Shown here: piece after piece, positions 1 through 13,200 of the stretch
Position numbering within the stretch: position 1 is the first letter of the stretch
Layout of the letters: each line of letters opens with the position of its first letter
Origin: Stegostoma tigrinum
Lineage: Eukaryota
Assembly: GCF_030684315.1 (NCBI RefSeq)
Contig: NC_081384.1
Coordinates: 31,272,935 to 31,336,934 of the forward strand
Length of the DNA: 64,000 bases
Direction of reading: 5' to 3'
The notes under the pieces: model-generated
Databases searched by the model: none
Seen by the model: the letters and a program-made list of their open reading frames with translations, nothing else
What the model was told of the DNA's origin: nothing
Program-made: the position numbers and the translations under genes

Positions 1-760
1 CCCAGCTCATCGTAGCTGATCAAGGGTGTTCAGTGCCTTAATGCTGGGGATGTGGGCTTGGTCGAGAACACTGGTGCTGGTGCGCCTTTCTTCCAAGCGG
101 ATTTGCAGTTTCTTGCTCGGGCATGTCAACAGTACCTCTCCAGTGCCTTGCGGTGTCTGCTGCTGACTGTCCATCTTTCAGAGCCAGGTAGGAGGGCAGG
201 AGCCCCCACAGCTCTGTAAACCATGAGCTTTGTATCAGACCTGATGTTGTTGCCCTCGAGCACCCTTTTCCTCTGGCAGCTGAAGGCTGTGCTTGCACAC
301 TGGGCATGGTGCTGGATTTCTTCATCAATAACTGCTTTGCCAGACAGGACACTCTTGTGGTATTGGAAGTGGTCAATGTTCATTAAGGCCTCGCCGTGGA
401 CCTTGACATTTGGCAGTTCATTTCACAATTCCGGGTCAGGTTGGTGGAGGTCCTTCATTTTGCGGATGTTCCAGGTGAGACTCATGCTCTCAGTACCTCT
501 GTAAAGGTGCTGACGATGGTCTGGAGTGCATTGCAGCAAGGTAGATTGAGAACAGTGTTGGCGTGATGACGGAGCCCTTCTTAACACTGGTCGAAATGGG
601 GAATGGGTCAGTGGTGGACCCATTTGTCATTACCACAACTTCCATGTTGTCATGGAGCAGGCAAAGGATGGTGATAAACTTCATGGTACAACTAAAGTGG
701 AGAAGGATGCTCCATAATGCTTCCCGATTCACAGTGTCAAAAGCTTTTGTAAGGTCATAA
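1..760 (-). mobile_element. RTE-clade LINE, degenerate reverse transcriptase fragment
   Basis: Minus-strand translation gives DLTKAFDTVNREALWSIL...LHDNM...TDPFPI.T.VK.G.VI.PTLFSIYLAAM, then EEIQH...TKLMVYRAV.PALL.GSE.WT. These are RTE RT motifs, broken by frameshifts. Confidence 0.85.
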
Positions 761-1925
761 GTAGAGACTGCGTGCTCAGACAGAAAACACTTACCCCGCC
801 CACTCCAGGTGTGTTTTCAATTATTTTCTATTTCCATTGCTCACTTAGGATTCACGTGAGAGAAGGCAACACAAGTCATGCTTGGCAGATGAAGTTGCAG
901 ACTCAGCCTGGTAATGAAGGCGTCCTCCTCCCTATGAACTCCATCGATACTGGATTTCCATGGATTCCCATCCAACTCTTCCATTTAAGTCGTTAAGTCC
1001 CAACATTAGTGTCTGAGTCCCAACCCTACAGTGTAGCCTTGTCAAACATCATGCTGTTCCCAACATCCCAACATCCCACCCTTGAAAGCCAAGCTGATTG
1101 CGACTATTGAGAATGCCCCCTCACACAGCCTGGTTTTCAGTCTGCACCAAAGTCAAGACAGGAGTACTGTGAACCTTTAAGTTCTGAATGAACCAGCAGA
1201 GAGGCATGTGACCATCTTATAGGCAGCGGAACTACAATGAAAGGTGTTGATGAGCTCCAACGTGCAGCACTGAAGAGGGAAACTCTAAAGTAAATGGGTC
1301 GGACCTATGTCATGTTACTGTGATAAGGCTGTTACATGTCCAATACCAACTTTTGTGGATACGGTGTGCTGATGGTTGCTGCTCAGGGAACATGCCCTGA
1401 GACGTTGGGGACTGCTGTCCAAGATGGAAGCCCAGAGTAACAATAGTGAGTGCGAGCCACCAGATTCCTGCTCTGACTTAAATGATGGGAACGATCACCA
1501 TTTAGTTTCCATCTGGTACATGAGAGAATAGGAAAGTCTATAACTATGAGTCAAGATTAGGTATTTATGTCAAACAAATGTATACAAACAGGTCTGTTCC
1601 CCACAAAATAGTGAGATTCTGATTTTGCCAGAAATTTGCAAAGTTGAACATTTTTGTCTCGATGTTGAGAATTTCATTTTTCCAATCTTGCTACATTTTA
1701 TCACCTGACTCACTATTGCCCATGTCATTCAAGTGCAGGGTAAATTTAGCCCAGATGTTTAATTTATATTTGAATTCTTCATTGTATCTTCTGCTACTTT
1801 GGTATTGTAATTGTCTCTGAGGAATCATTAAAATCAATGTTCGGTGGAATGTGTAAATTAAAAAGAAACTCGATATGAATTCGGTAGTAAGTACTCCAGA
1901 CAATACAAAAATAAAATGACCAAGT

Positions 1926-4474
1926 CACTGCAGGATAAAAATTGTCAGGATTCACAAGAAGAAATATGGTGAAAACAGCAAGGCTCAGTAGGGTCACCAG
2001 CCACAGAGCAGTCAAGCAATAAGCAATGAGATTCTCCAAAGCAAATCTCCACCCAATATTTATTTGTATTGAAATTGCATCCATTGAAGATTGTGCAATC
2101 TCCCAGAAAATTGCCAAACTATTGAGGTGGCTTGTGAAAGCTATTACAGACTCATAAACCAAATTATGTAAAAGGATAGAGAAACAGTTTTTGGTCACTC
2201 ATAATGTTAATATATGGGATGTATCAACCATAAAGCAAAACCTTTACAAATATAATGCAAGATTCAGATGGAAAGTTACATTATCAAACCAAGTCACAGT
2301 AGCTGGAGCTCACATATTATGATGGCACCAAAATCAGTCAGCACCACATGATTGTACACAGATTATCACAGAGTCAGTGTGATAACAAGGACAGATTTTC
2401 ATCCAATTTGACAATTAGAAGAGCTATTTTGAGAGGATAGAACATGCATAGTTTTTCACAAATTTTTATTTATTGAAGGGATATTTGCAAGTCCCACAGA
2501 CCAATGCAAACAGAGAACTATCAGCTTTTGAAGCTGCAGATGAACTTTATCAATGGGAAACCATTGTCATTCAGAATGAAAACTATACCATCAATTTTTA
2601 CCAATTAACCAACAAGGTCATTGAAGGATTGTGCAATTGTGATGTGCATGTTGATGCTTAATTAATCTGGGAAGGACATTTACAATATGTTAGTGAATTG
2701 TTTGATCAGTTACAAAGAACTATTTTGGTCATAAACTTGACCAAAAGTGAATTTGCCAAAGGAAATGTAACTTTTTGGACTACATTGCAGAAAAAGCCAA
2801 GTAGTTCCTACAGAAGAAAAAATGAAGTTTATCTTGGATTATTCAGTGCCCAAGTCAAAATGAGAGATTTTCCAGTTTATAGGAACAAGTGGATTTTATT
2901 AGAAGCGCTGTAAAGTTCTTTTGACAAGTTTATTAAAGAAAAGAGATGTGAATGGACAGAGGAGTGATAGAATGCCTTTGACAGCTTGACAGCTACATTT
3001 ACGATGGCACTGGTTTTAGTTTTAGCAGCATTGAATTACAGCATGCCGTTTAAATTGACTGTTGATAGGAACAACTTTGATATGGTGCAGTTCTTTTCCA
3101 GGACAATAATTTGATGATCGAGCAACCAGTAATTTAGTTTTCATGAAAATTTAAATTCCTGCCAGCAGAAATACTCAACTATGGAAAAAGAGACATTGAG
3201 TTTTGTATTAGCTGTATATTTTGCAGGAATATTTTGAAGTCTACCCTATGACTCTGCAGGGACCATAACCATTTACTTATTTTTTACCTAGGTTTCATTA
3301 CTTAAGGATTTGAGACTGTTTTGGTAGAGTATAATGCTACAACCATACAATTTGAGAAGTACTCATATTGCAGAAAGAGATGGTATCAGAATGCAAATGT
3401 GGAGGAAAGCAATTGTCATGATCAGAATTTAATTGCGTAGAACATCTTGTTATGGAAATTCCTTGTATCTTTAAAGCAAATATGTTACTACTGTCAAAAT
3501 GGAATCTGTGCAAGTAAAAGGGAAATAGTGTACAGTGGAAATGGTAATAGAAATTGAAAATCTCTCTCAGTGAATGTCCTTTAAAAGATAGAGTTTAAAC
3601 AGGGAAACTCACTAAGCGCTAGTGCCTAAGGTGGATTGGACAATTTGGTGTGAGGAGGGTTTTAATCCTGCTGCATGGACCATTCAAAAACTGATCACAG
3701 TACATGCTTATTGCTATTCAAGTGTGCTTTCGCACCCAATACCATCATGGAGTGCTACTCAGATTGTGTGGGATTTTGCACCAAAGCATTGAGACCATGC
3801 AGTTAAGCTGACTGAGTACTCCATTTTATCAACTTTTAGGGGCAATGCAATGATGAAACATTTAATGACAACTCTGATGGTTTCATTGGGAACTCGGCAT
3901 GCATTATGGTGTAGGGTGTAGTACCTCATCTTTTCAATCCTTGAAAAAGAGTTTAGATCTGTGAATCCAGAACATCACCATATTCCTTCATTCTGTTAGC
4001 ATGAAAAGTAGAGGCAATGTAAAGATGTAGTCCCATGACAATGACTTGAACACCATGAGAGATGCTCATGTAATCCTTTCTCAGGATGACCGCGTGGCCA
4101 TGATTCCCCACTTTGCTGCCAGCCCTGCCATTGTCGGACTCAAAAGTTTTTATTGGCACCTAGATTGTCTAGACAATACACAGGCAGGACAAACACCAGG
4201 TAGACCCTCTAAAGGCTCATAACTGTTTAAGGCTGCCCACTACTAGCCCATGCGAATGATCATCAATCTCCAATGTTCAAGACTCAGTCAACATGAGAAG
4301 GAATCTGTAGGTCCAATGAAACAAATAGAAGCATTGTTATAAATGGATGCAATTTCAGTACAAATAAATACTGGGTGGACATTTGCTTTGGAGAATCTCA
4401 TTGCATGTTGCTGAGCCTTGGTTGTTTTCATCGTATTTCTTCATGTGAATCCTGACAATTTTTATCCTGCAGTG
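1926..4474. repeat. Inverted repeat pair 1926-2085 / 4342-4474
   Basis: cactgcaggataaaaattgtcaggattcac...gaaattgcatccatt recurs as its reverse complement at 4342-4474, with a ~30-bp internal deletion. Confidence 0.9.
2150..3400 (+). mobile_element. Gypsy/Ty3 LTR retrotransposon pol fossil (RT-RNase H)
   Basis: Degenerate motifs in the expected order: PSHSSWSS, TDYHRV, LLKGYLQVP, WEGHL...INLTKSEFAK, PFKLTVD, QQKYSTMEKETL, DHN. Many stops and frameshifts. Confidence 0.8.
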
Positions 4475-6639
4475 TCTACAAGGCTTGGCCTCCTCCAAAT
4501 TGCATAGTTGTTTAACATGTTTCAAGTCACTATGAATCTGGAATAAGGTTTGAGTCAGTATTGTAAGACTTTATTTTATCAGTCTAGAAACTACGAGCTG
4601 AGTTTGAGAACATTTGTATTTCACTGACTTGGAATTCTTGACACTGTGTGACCAATGTATCATTTCCATCTGCTTGTGCCCAAGTTGCTGACAGTAGTCA
4701 TGAGCTAAATTCAGATGTGTATGTCCAAAGAACCAGCTTGATACCAGCTGATCTGGGGGGAGAACAGAAGTCATAGCACCAGAAGAATATGTAGACCAGC
4801 TAAACATTTCAAAGAATGGAGTCTTTTCTTCACTGCTGAGGCTCATGATTTGCCAAGAAGCTCTTAAGTGGCTAATTAGAACTTGACCCAGTGAGCATTC
4901 TCATCGATGGGGTGGACAGTCAATTGCCCTTGAAGATGGTTGCCCAAAATTTGGTACAGACAGCACTAAATCTTGGCCATGGAATTTCTTGGTTGTTGAC
5001 AGCAATCTCAGTGGTAATCCCAGCAATTTCCCTGATTTTTGGGTGCTCCTTCATAACCATTAGCAGTCTGATTTTTATACAATAAAGTATCAAATATAGT
5101 GCACAACTGTGTTAATTTTTATTTAGAAAAAAATCAGCCAGTTTTGTTGTTTAACATAAAAGTTTATAATAAATTTCAGCCGCTCTGACATCATTATATT
5201 TCAAGAATTGTACAAAGATCAACATTTAACTGAATTAAAATTAAAGGCAATAAATTGGATAAATTATATTTTCTTTGGCTAAGATAAACTTTAATCAACT
5301 CTTTTGTTCTAAATTCTAAAAGCGAAGTGGCTTGACTGATGTAACACTTGAAAATGTGAGTTTGAGCTACAAATCTTGTCCTTTCATTAGCTGAGATTCA
5401 TACAGAGTTAGCTTGGCTACCTGAATCTTTATATTTTACTCATGTTGACTGGAATCTATTTTGGAAAATATATTTTACGTGTAAACAATGAAACCCAATT
5501 GCCCAACTTTAATGAAATGAGTGCAATGGCATTTTCAAACTGCAGTCAATGCTACATGATTAAACCTTCAGAAATATATCCAAGTTTGGCAAACCACACT
5601 GAATTTAAGCTGAATAGCTGTTTAATGTTGAAGAGTGCTGTTCAAAACTTTGAATAGAATGAAATCAGTGGTTGTTTCAATTGAAGGAGTTACAAATAGC
5701 AAAGTGGTGCTTGCCCCTTGATAATGCTGCATTATCAAATCCAAATCATAAGGATCAGCATCACAGGCAAGTATAGGTATTAGACTCATAGATATTGACA
5801 AAATTGGAAAAAAATCTCAAATGACCATGAAGTAAACGTTATGGTTTGCTGTTCTGCTGAATTATGTTACACAACAGCAAGTATATTGGATTCTGCATCA
5901 CTGAGGTGCTCAGAATGAATGTTGATAGCAGATTCTCCATCTTTCTTCAGGACTTTTTTGGCCATTGGGTTAGGATTAGGCTACCTTGAACTGTGTGTCT
6001 GATATGGAATATATATTTTAAATAATACAATCGTATTGAGGCACCCAAGAGTAGAATGTGCTATACGCAAACAAGTTGCATTTTTCAAATTTTTGAATAG
6101 TCAGTGATTTGAATAATTTAATAATACCGTAATAAAATGATTGCATGTTTGTTTTCAAATTTTACAAATACAGTGATTTTGCTTTTGCGAAACTATTACA
6201 TGGAAGCCACTTCAGGCACGCAGATGTGATCTCAGTAGATTGCTTTGCACTCAAAAATAGGAATATAGTGAATTATTATTTGCAGTACAAATCTCTCTGA
6301 TACTTTTCTGTTGAGTTACATTTTGTAACCAGCAATATGATCAATGATTAGATTTTTAAAAAAATATCAGAAGTTAGAGTCATTGAGGAGTTATAATTAT
6401 AAAGAAAAGCTTTTGTTGATTTGATTTCTGCTTTTGGTGAGGATTATTATTAAGTGACTTCTAGTTTGAAAGATACAAAAACTGGAGGTAAAATATTTTC
6501 AAAATTAGTATTCATATCTAAACTAGCATGAATATCTTCAATCAGTAACAAAAACATAGAGAGAAAGGACACTATGTTAAAGATTTGTAATATGATATTT
6601 TAAATTAGATAACACGCATTTTAGTTTTTAGACTGCGAA

Positions 6640-7400
6640 TGTGACTTTTTTTAAAACAAAGATCAGGAAGCAGTTTTGAACAGTGAGTTCAAGTATCATT
6701 TCCAAGAAATCATGTGATTTAAGCTAATCACCTGGAAAGTTAATTGATGAAGTGTTTAGAAAGTTGAACTGTTATGATGTACAAATCAACAAACAAGGGG
6801 ACACTATCAGTATTTGGTTGAGAATTGTTTCATACCTACAGAAGAGCTATTTAGCTTGTGTAGTACAGTCTTTCATAGTTGGAAAGAAGCCATAAAACTG
6901 TTTTAGCAGGGCTTTTCTCAAAGTTCAGTTTGAAAAAGTCAGTGAAGTAGCTGAATTCTGGCTATCTTGGGAGAGGCAGTAATAAAGTGAATGACATCTC
7001 GGGAGAGTAAACTGAAAATTGGCCAAAAGATGCTTGTGTCTCAATCAGTTGGCTAAGTATTTAAAGAATTAAGATAGGAGTGATACTTCAGCGGGGATGA
7101 GGGTCTATAAAGGATGTTGATGGGAAAAGCTTGGTGTTTTTTCTTTTTGCTATTTATTTCATGGTCTTTCAAATTTGTCTTTTCTGTATGTATATTAATA
7201 TATATTGTTAGTTTATATTTTGTGTATTAAGCTTGTGTTTTTTAAGAGAACTTTGGGAGCTTTGTGTGAATATGTCCAAAGATTGATCAACATGGTAGCC
7301 AAACCATAAAAATAAAATTAATGACTTACTGAGTCGTTACTAGGTTTCTCTTGAGATCTGACTTGTCCAATTTCACTATTAACTGGGATCATAGCAACAC
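6640..7400 (+). mobile_element. Possible solo LTR
   Basis: TG...CA bounded block with a TATA-like tataaa and a T-rich tract, ending gagatctgacttgtcc...ctgggatcatagcaaca. Resemblance only. Confidence 0.3.
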
Positions 7401-7733
7401 ATACATCAAATCTTTGTACCCTAAATGGTTTAATTATCAATTATCAATGTAGTGTTGACATAGTACCATGCTGTTTTATTGAATTAGTTGATTGGAGCCC
7501 TTAACAAATGTTCGAATTCGTAATCCATGCTGAATATTTGAGAGATTAGAGGATAGGCATTTATCCAGTTACCTAACTAACACTTATGCATTTTTGTATA
7601 GCTAACTATAGAAGGGCACTAAAGACGTCTTAGATACATAATGGATTTTTTTGCCAGGAATCTAAAGAAAAATATTTTTATTCTGTTAATATGTTCTTAA
7701 CAGTCATTTCTGCTTAACCAACTTCATTTTCAG

Positions 7734-7808
7734 AGACTTACGTGGAACAAAGCTCTCTGTTCAAATGATGTACCCAGCTTTTATGGCAGTTCCAAACATT
7801 GTACAGCT
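7734..7808 (+). CDS. LRRC37-like gene, internal LRR exon (75 bp, phase 2-2): DLRGTKLSVQMMYPAFMAVPNIVQL
   Basis: Acceptor acttcattttcag, donor gtgagt. Size and phase are typical of an LRR exon. The peptide resembles the last LRR of mammalian LRRC37 (recalled as LDMGTT...LEKL). Confidence 0.8.
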
Positions 7809-7901
7809 GTGAGTGTTTTTCCATTCTATACAAAGGTACTTTATTTACATTATTTTGCTTATTATTTGATTACTACTTCTGTTATTTCATTACTTTTACA
7901 G

Positions 7902-8020
7902 TGATGTGCCTGATGCAGTGAGGTGCTGCCTTTGTTATGTTGCTCGAACTGTTGAAATTCTCTTCAATACTGTGAAGATACAGTGTTCAGATCCGTGTGC
8001 TGCTAATGACAACTCATGTG
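7902..8020 (+). CDS. LRRC37-like gene, cysteine-cap exon (119 bp): DVPDAVRCCLCYVARTVEILFNTVKIQCSDPCAANDNSC
   Basis: Acceptor tacttttacag, donor gtaggt. In frame with the previous exon across a 93-bp intron. The CCLC...VE....TVK..C...C.....C pattern matches LRRC37 (recalled as [23 protein letters not shown]). Confidence 0.85.
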
Positions 8021-8427
8021 GTAGGTCACATCTGCATACGTATGTGAACTGCAACTATAAAATGTGTATGTAAACAAGCACAATTTGAATTGTAATGCAA
8101 TCATGCCATCTAGTGACCATTAGTTATATTGCAGCCAGTATGCATTGTCATGATCCATACTTGACCACTAATTTTATGTTACGATCTGGTATAGTAGACA
8201 AAATGTGAGATCCAGGAGATTTTCTCAGAGAATAAGCTTCAAGATTCCATGGTTTTGAACTAGCAACACTACTTTATTACACAAGTAAGCACAGTAATGC
8301 AGTCTTCAATACATGTGCACCTTATTTTGAATACCCAGAATTAACATGTTGTAATAAGAGAGGAGCTTATTGCAGTTTTCCATAGGCCACCAAAGCCGAA
8401 TTCAAAGAGACAGAGGTCAGTAAGTTT

Positions 8428-9047
8428 GAGGAGGCGATGGGTTAATGGTATTATTGCTGGACTGTTAATCCAGAGACCCAGATAGTGTTCTGGCACATGG
8501 GTTCGAATCCTGCCATAGCAGACCATGGAATTTGAATCAAATAAGTACATGGAATTAAAAATCTAATGATGACCATGTGATTTAGCAGCCTACCCTGGCA
8601 TTATTGGTGGAGGTAGAGGTGGTGGGTTCTGAGAAATTCATGGGATTGGTCACGATCATATTTGATGCTCAATAATGGGTGTTTAGCGACAGTATTGCAC
8701 CCGTTTTTTTTCTTTCTTCATTCATGGGATGAGGGCATCACTGGCTAGGCAGCATTTATTGCCCATCCCTAATTTCCCAGAGGGCAGTTAAGAGTCAACC
8801 ACATTGCTGTGGGTCTGTACGCCAGACCAAGTAAGCATGGCAGCATTGTCAGTTGTCAGGTAAAACCCATCTGGTGCACTAATGCCCTTTAGGAAAGGAA
8901 ACTGCCATCCTTACCTGGTCTGGCCTACATGTGACTCCAGATCCTCAATAATGTGGCTGACTCTTAACTGCCCTCTAGGCAATTAGGGATGGGCAATAAA
9001 GGCTGCCTGGCCAGCAATGCTCTCATCCCATGAATGAATAAAAAAAA
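8428..9047 (+). mobile_element. tRNA-derived SINE (family sharing its 3' tail with the CR1/L2-group LINE), interrupted by an inverted duplication
   Basis: Head with B-box ggttcgaatcc and tail ...agggatgggcaataaa...catcccatgaatgaataaaaaaa. Homologous to the copies at 41735 and 42113. Confidence 0.85.
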
Positions 9048-9183
9048 GTGGGTAGAATACTGTGGATAAACACCCACTAATATGCATCTAATATCAAATG
9101 TGATCATGACCAATCCCGTAAGTTTCTCAGAACCACCACTTCTGCCTCTGCCATTAATGCCAGGGTAGGTTGCTAAATCACAT
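8575..9183. repeat. Inner inverted repeat 8575-8843 / 8902-9183 (~270-bp arms, 58-bp spacer)
   Basis: atgtgatttagcagcctaccctggcatt...gtaagcatggcag is the reverse complement of ctgccatccttacc...gccagggtaggttgctaaatcacat. Confidence 0.92.
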
Positions 9184-10299
9184 TCAACCTCATTGGGGAT
9201 TACACATCCGCAAATTTGTTGAGCCAGGTTTGAAACACCCTCTCACAAGCTGTGCCATCATGGATAGCCTCAGTGACTGCTACTGTTCTGGTTGATCACA
9301 GTTCTCCCCTGGAGCCTCACTCTCCTGGAATCCAAATATTGTATTCCAGTAATTATTTACAGGTATAACTACAGTTTTTTTTGTCTGCCTCTAACTTCAC
9401 CAAGCTAAATCTTTTCCTGTTGTCCCTGATCCAATACTGCTCAGCTGCATCAAAGTAAACACTGCTTGTGTATTGTCACCGCCAACCCCCACCACCGCTC
9501 TCCGATATACTGGCTTATTAATGGCATCTGACCTCTTGTGAGCTTTTCCTGAGCCCTGACTCCAATGCTTAACAACCTAATAACTCCTAGAACAAGGCTT
9601 GAGTTTTAATGTCATAGAGATATTCAACTACTTTTGACTTCTCACAGGATCTTAACTACACAGAGTTAGTGTAGTTCGGCAATACAGTTCAATGGTTCAC
9701 TTCTCTTAACTCCTTCCCCCAGGACTTCCCTGAGCCTAGAATACAACTGTTCTCAGATTTCCCACAGCATTCCAACTACACAAAACACAGATAGTTTTGT
9801 TGCTGTTCCCACAGTGCAGAAAAAATCCATACTTCTAACGTGGAGTCTATCCTCTTTCTCCTTCACATACTTATTGGCCTCTGTCTCTTTGAATTCTGCT
9901 TTGGTGGCCTATGGAAAATCTTGCAATAAGCTCCTCCCTTATTTTTGGGCAGAATTAAATGTTGCCACATAGCAACACTTGGAACCATACATGCAATGCA
10001 TATAGCCAGTCATAGATTGCTGACATGCCGAGTATCGGAACGAGATACAAGAAGATTTCATCACAACCTCGATTCCTCCAACTATCTGAAGTCAATAGTG
10101 AAGCTCTCTAGCTGCCAGCTGCAAGATCTGTAAACAGAAACCAGCCAAATTCTAGTTATTTTAGTACAGTAGTAATTGAACCCCATTGTGAAGTTTTGTT
10201 TTAAATGACTCATTGCTTAAAAGCAATTAATTTAAAATAAATAATTATGCAATGAACATATGATCTGAATATAACTCATCCTTCCAAAAGATCTTGTTA

Positions 10300-13200
10300 C
10301 ACTCCCATTCAGTTCCTTGGTCAATAACATCAACTTTTCATTCAAACTCGTCTAATCTTCCACGTCCTTCAAATTGCACCGTGTGTGCTATTAATCTCCT
10401 TTGCTGTTGCAGCACAGGAATAAATTACTGCATCCTGGCATCGTCCGTTCTCTTCAATGAGGTAATCAAAATATTGTTTTCTTTTTCAAGCTCCTTCAGC
10501 CTTTTATAATAAAAAAATTCTAACAATATTCTAGGTCTCTCTATCTCTATTGATCTTAAAATGGAATTCTTGCATTTTCGTCAAAAGCACAGTATCATCT
10601 TTTGTATCATTTGTTCATCTTTTCTACTCAATACCACTGAATTCAGTAGAGCCCAGCTATGTTTACGCTGTACGCATCCATGAGACAGCTCACCTCCCAG
10701 ATGGCATAATTGAGTGAGGTTGTCACGAGTCAATGACCTTTCTCTGGGTTCCAATCTCTTTCAAAAACTTGCCTTTTCTGATTGATTGAAGTAATATAGT
10801 CGGTGTTCATTTGACTTTTACTTTTAAGTTCCTCGAATCTCAAAGGGTATCATGGTAAGCATTCTTCATCCTACCTATTATGTTCAAATCTAGATAACTG
10901 CAGTTTCCTGCTGTATTTATTTTCCAAGACATCAGAAATGTTAAACTTTTATCTCAAACCTTCTTTTCCCTTTGACATTTTAAAATTCATACATGGTATC
11001 TCTTTAACAGTGCAGGCCTCAATCTTTCTTCTGGCTGAGGTAGATTTGGGCCTCTCTATCTCCTTGCCCTTTTTTGTAATTAAGTCACAGCAGAAGCTAT
11101 AGTTCAGCAACCCTTGAATAAGTGGGCATTCAAATCTAAAGAAGAAATAGGCTAACATTAAACTTTTCTCATCAAAAACTCATTGGGATGACACTTAACT
11201 AATTTGGAATAGTTCACAGTTTGCTTTCCTGAGAACAACCACGGCCATTTTAAACACAAGTCTATATCAAAATTATTTTAGTATTGGAATAGATATCTTA
11301 ACAAAATTTATGCAACAAGTTCCAGGCATTTGAATGTTATTCACTGTAAAATTTAAGAAGGGAATGTTTATTGATATTTGTAAAGTGAAGGGGATGGTAA
11401 ATTTGATGAGACAGTGATGTAACTTCTGTGCATCCTTCTGTCGTTGCTGTGTCCCAAGCCTGGTTCTTAGTGACAGAATCATTTTTACATTAAATATAGA
11501 TTTTCCATGTCAGTATCAGGTTGTTGTGTTGCTCATCTTATAGAACTATTCAGCACTTACTAAGGTGGATGAGGAAGAGTAGGAGGGACACAAACGCCAC
11601 TCCATTTGAAGTTTCCAAGACTGTGACCTTCTACTGTACCCTCACTGATCAGCCTTTAATTTACGTAGCTATTTCTCTAGGATTGCTGCTGTTCAAAAAT
11701 GGCCTTCTGCGTCGTGCATGTAGAATATTTACTGGGATTACTGAGAAATCCTGGGATCTTTTTGTATACATCCCCAAAGTGATGTTGAATGAAGGGGCAT
11801 TGTCATAACAGGTGGCTTCTTTCTTTGACCTAAAATATCGTTGGGTATGAATCAAATTTTAGCTTTGCAAAGCCTCATACCAAACTTCTTGATAGAAGTG
11901 TCAAATTGCTATAAACTGTTATTTCAGTTTTCTTATTTAAAAATGAGTTGATTGGTTCATTAACTCTTTCATGATACTAGAATCCTGGAGGTAGATGGAG
12001 GTCAAGAAGCAAAGCCTTGCACATACCTTTGCAACAATTTTGCAGAAACACTTGGAAGTCACAGTCAAGTTTTGTCACAGGCACTAGAAACAGTAATTTT
12101 CCATACCTTAATTCATACATTTCAAGAATTTTAGCTTACAGTTGTCCATGATGGAAATGGTTGTTGCTGCCTTTAATTTTCTGGCAGCCTGTGTTAGATT
12201 ACCTAATGTTGGCTTTTGTACAGACTAAATAGAAAGTACAGTCTCCATTCTAGAGTTAGATCATCAATTTGTTCCGAGGGATCAAGAAAGGAATAAAATG
12301 GATTTTTCTATTTGGCCTAGGCGTGGTGGTCAGATTTTTGTGGAAAGGAGTGAAATTGTTCAGCGGTGGGGAACTGGGGCATTGGATGGAACACTGATTA
12401 TGAATATTGTTCTCTTAGCTGGTGCTGAGTTTTAGTTTTTCCAAGTGTTGGCTGTTTCAGAACAAACCAAATTTGCAACAGCTCTGAAACAGGGGTTAAA
12501 CCCCTCAATAATATAGGCAGAAACCTTACTTCCTGTTTCAGCCGTGGATGCAATTTTTGTAATCGAGTACCAAGAAGAGTGAAATTCAAGTCACAGCTTT
12601 CCGTTAATCAGCATTATCCTACCAGTTCTTACATCATGATCCTCTGTGCCTGAAGTGTATTGAAGATGTATTTTAATCATCCTATTCATAGATGGTACTC
12701 CGTGCCTCTGGAGTAGATGTGACTTGTACTTGGGCTTCCTGGCTCACAGATAGGGAAACTGCCACTACTCCACAAATACCCTTACACAAAATGTTCCAAA
12801 CACCATATTGTACTATACACCATATTGTCTCATGCAGCTCAGATGGCTATTTGAAAATACCGTGGCCGAATAAATTTTTGTTTGGAGCTGCAGGACAGTC
12901 TGTACCCTTGCAGTAATGTATCTTATTCTGCCAACTAGTGTGTGCTGCCCATTGTGTGAGCAATCCATACTGCTGCTCATAATGTTGTACAATATCCTTC
13001 AATAATTGCTCATTATGTGATACATTTGCAGCCGCCACTGTCTTTCAGGAACAGAGTCTGCTTGATCTAGTATACTGAATGAAAGCCACTTCGTAGTCTT
13101 AAACAAGATGACATTTATTGTAATATAGAAACTGGCTATGAACTGTGTTAATATGAAAGGCAAGAGTTGTAATCCTGGGCAGGGAAACTTAATTGAGGGG

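Larger units (their letters stand above)
8353..9943. repeat. Outer inverted repeat pair 8353-8430 / 9862-9943
   Basis: aataagagaggagcttattgca..ttttccataggccaccaaagc.gaattcaaagagacagagg is present as its reverse complement at 9862-9943. Confidence 0.9.

Noticed and set aside
9540-9800. Faint tandem periodicity (cctgagcc..., aactacaca...)
   Set aside because: Too degenerate to define a unit. Probably part of a decayed LTR-like element.
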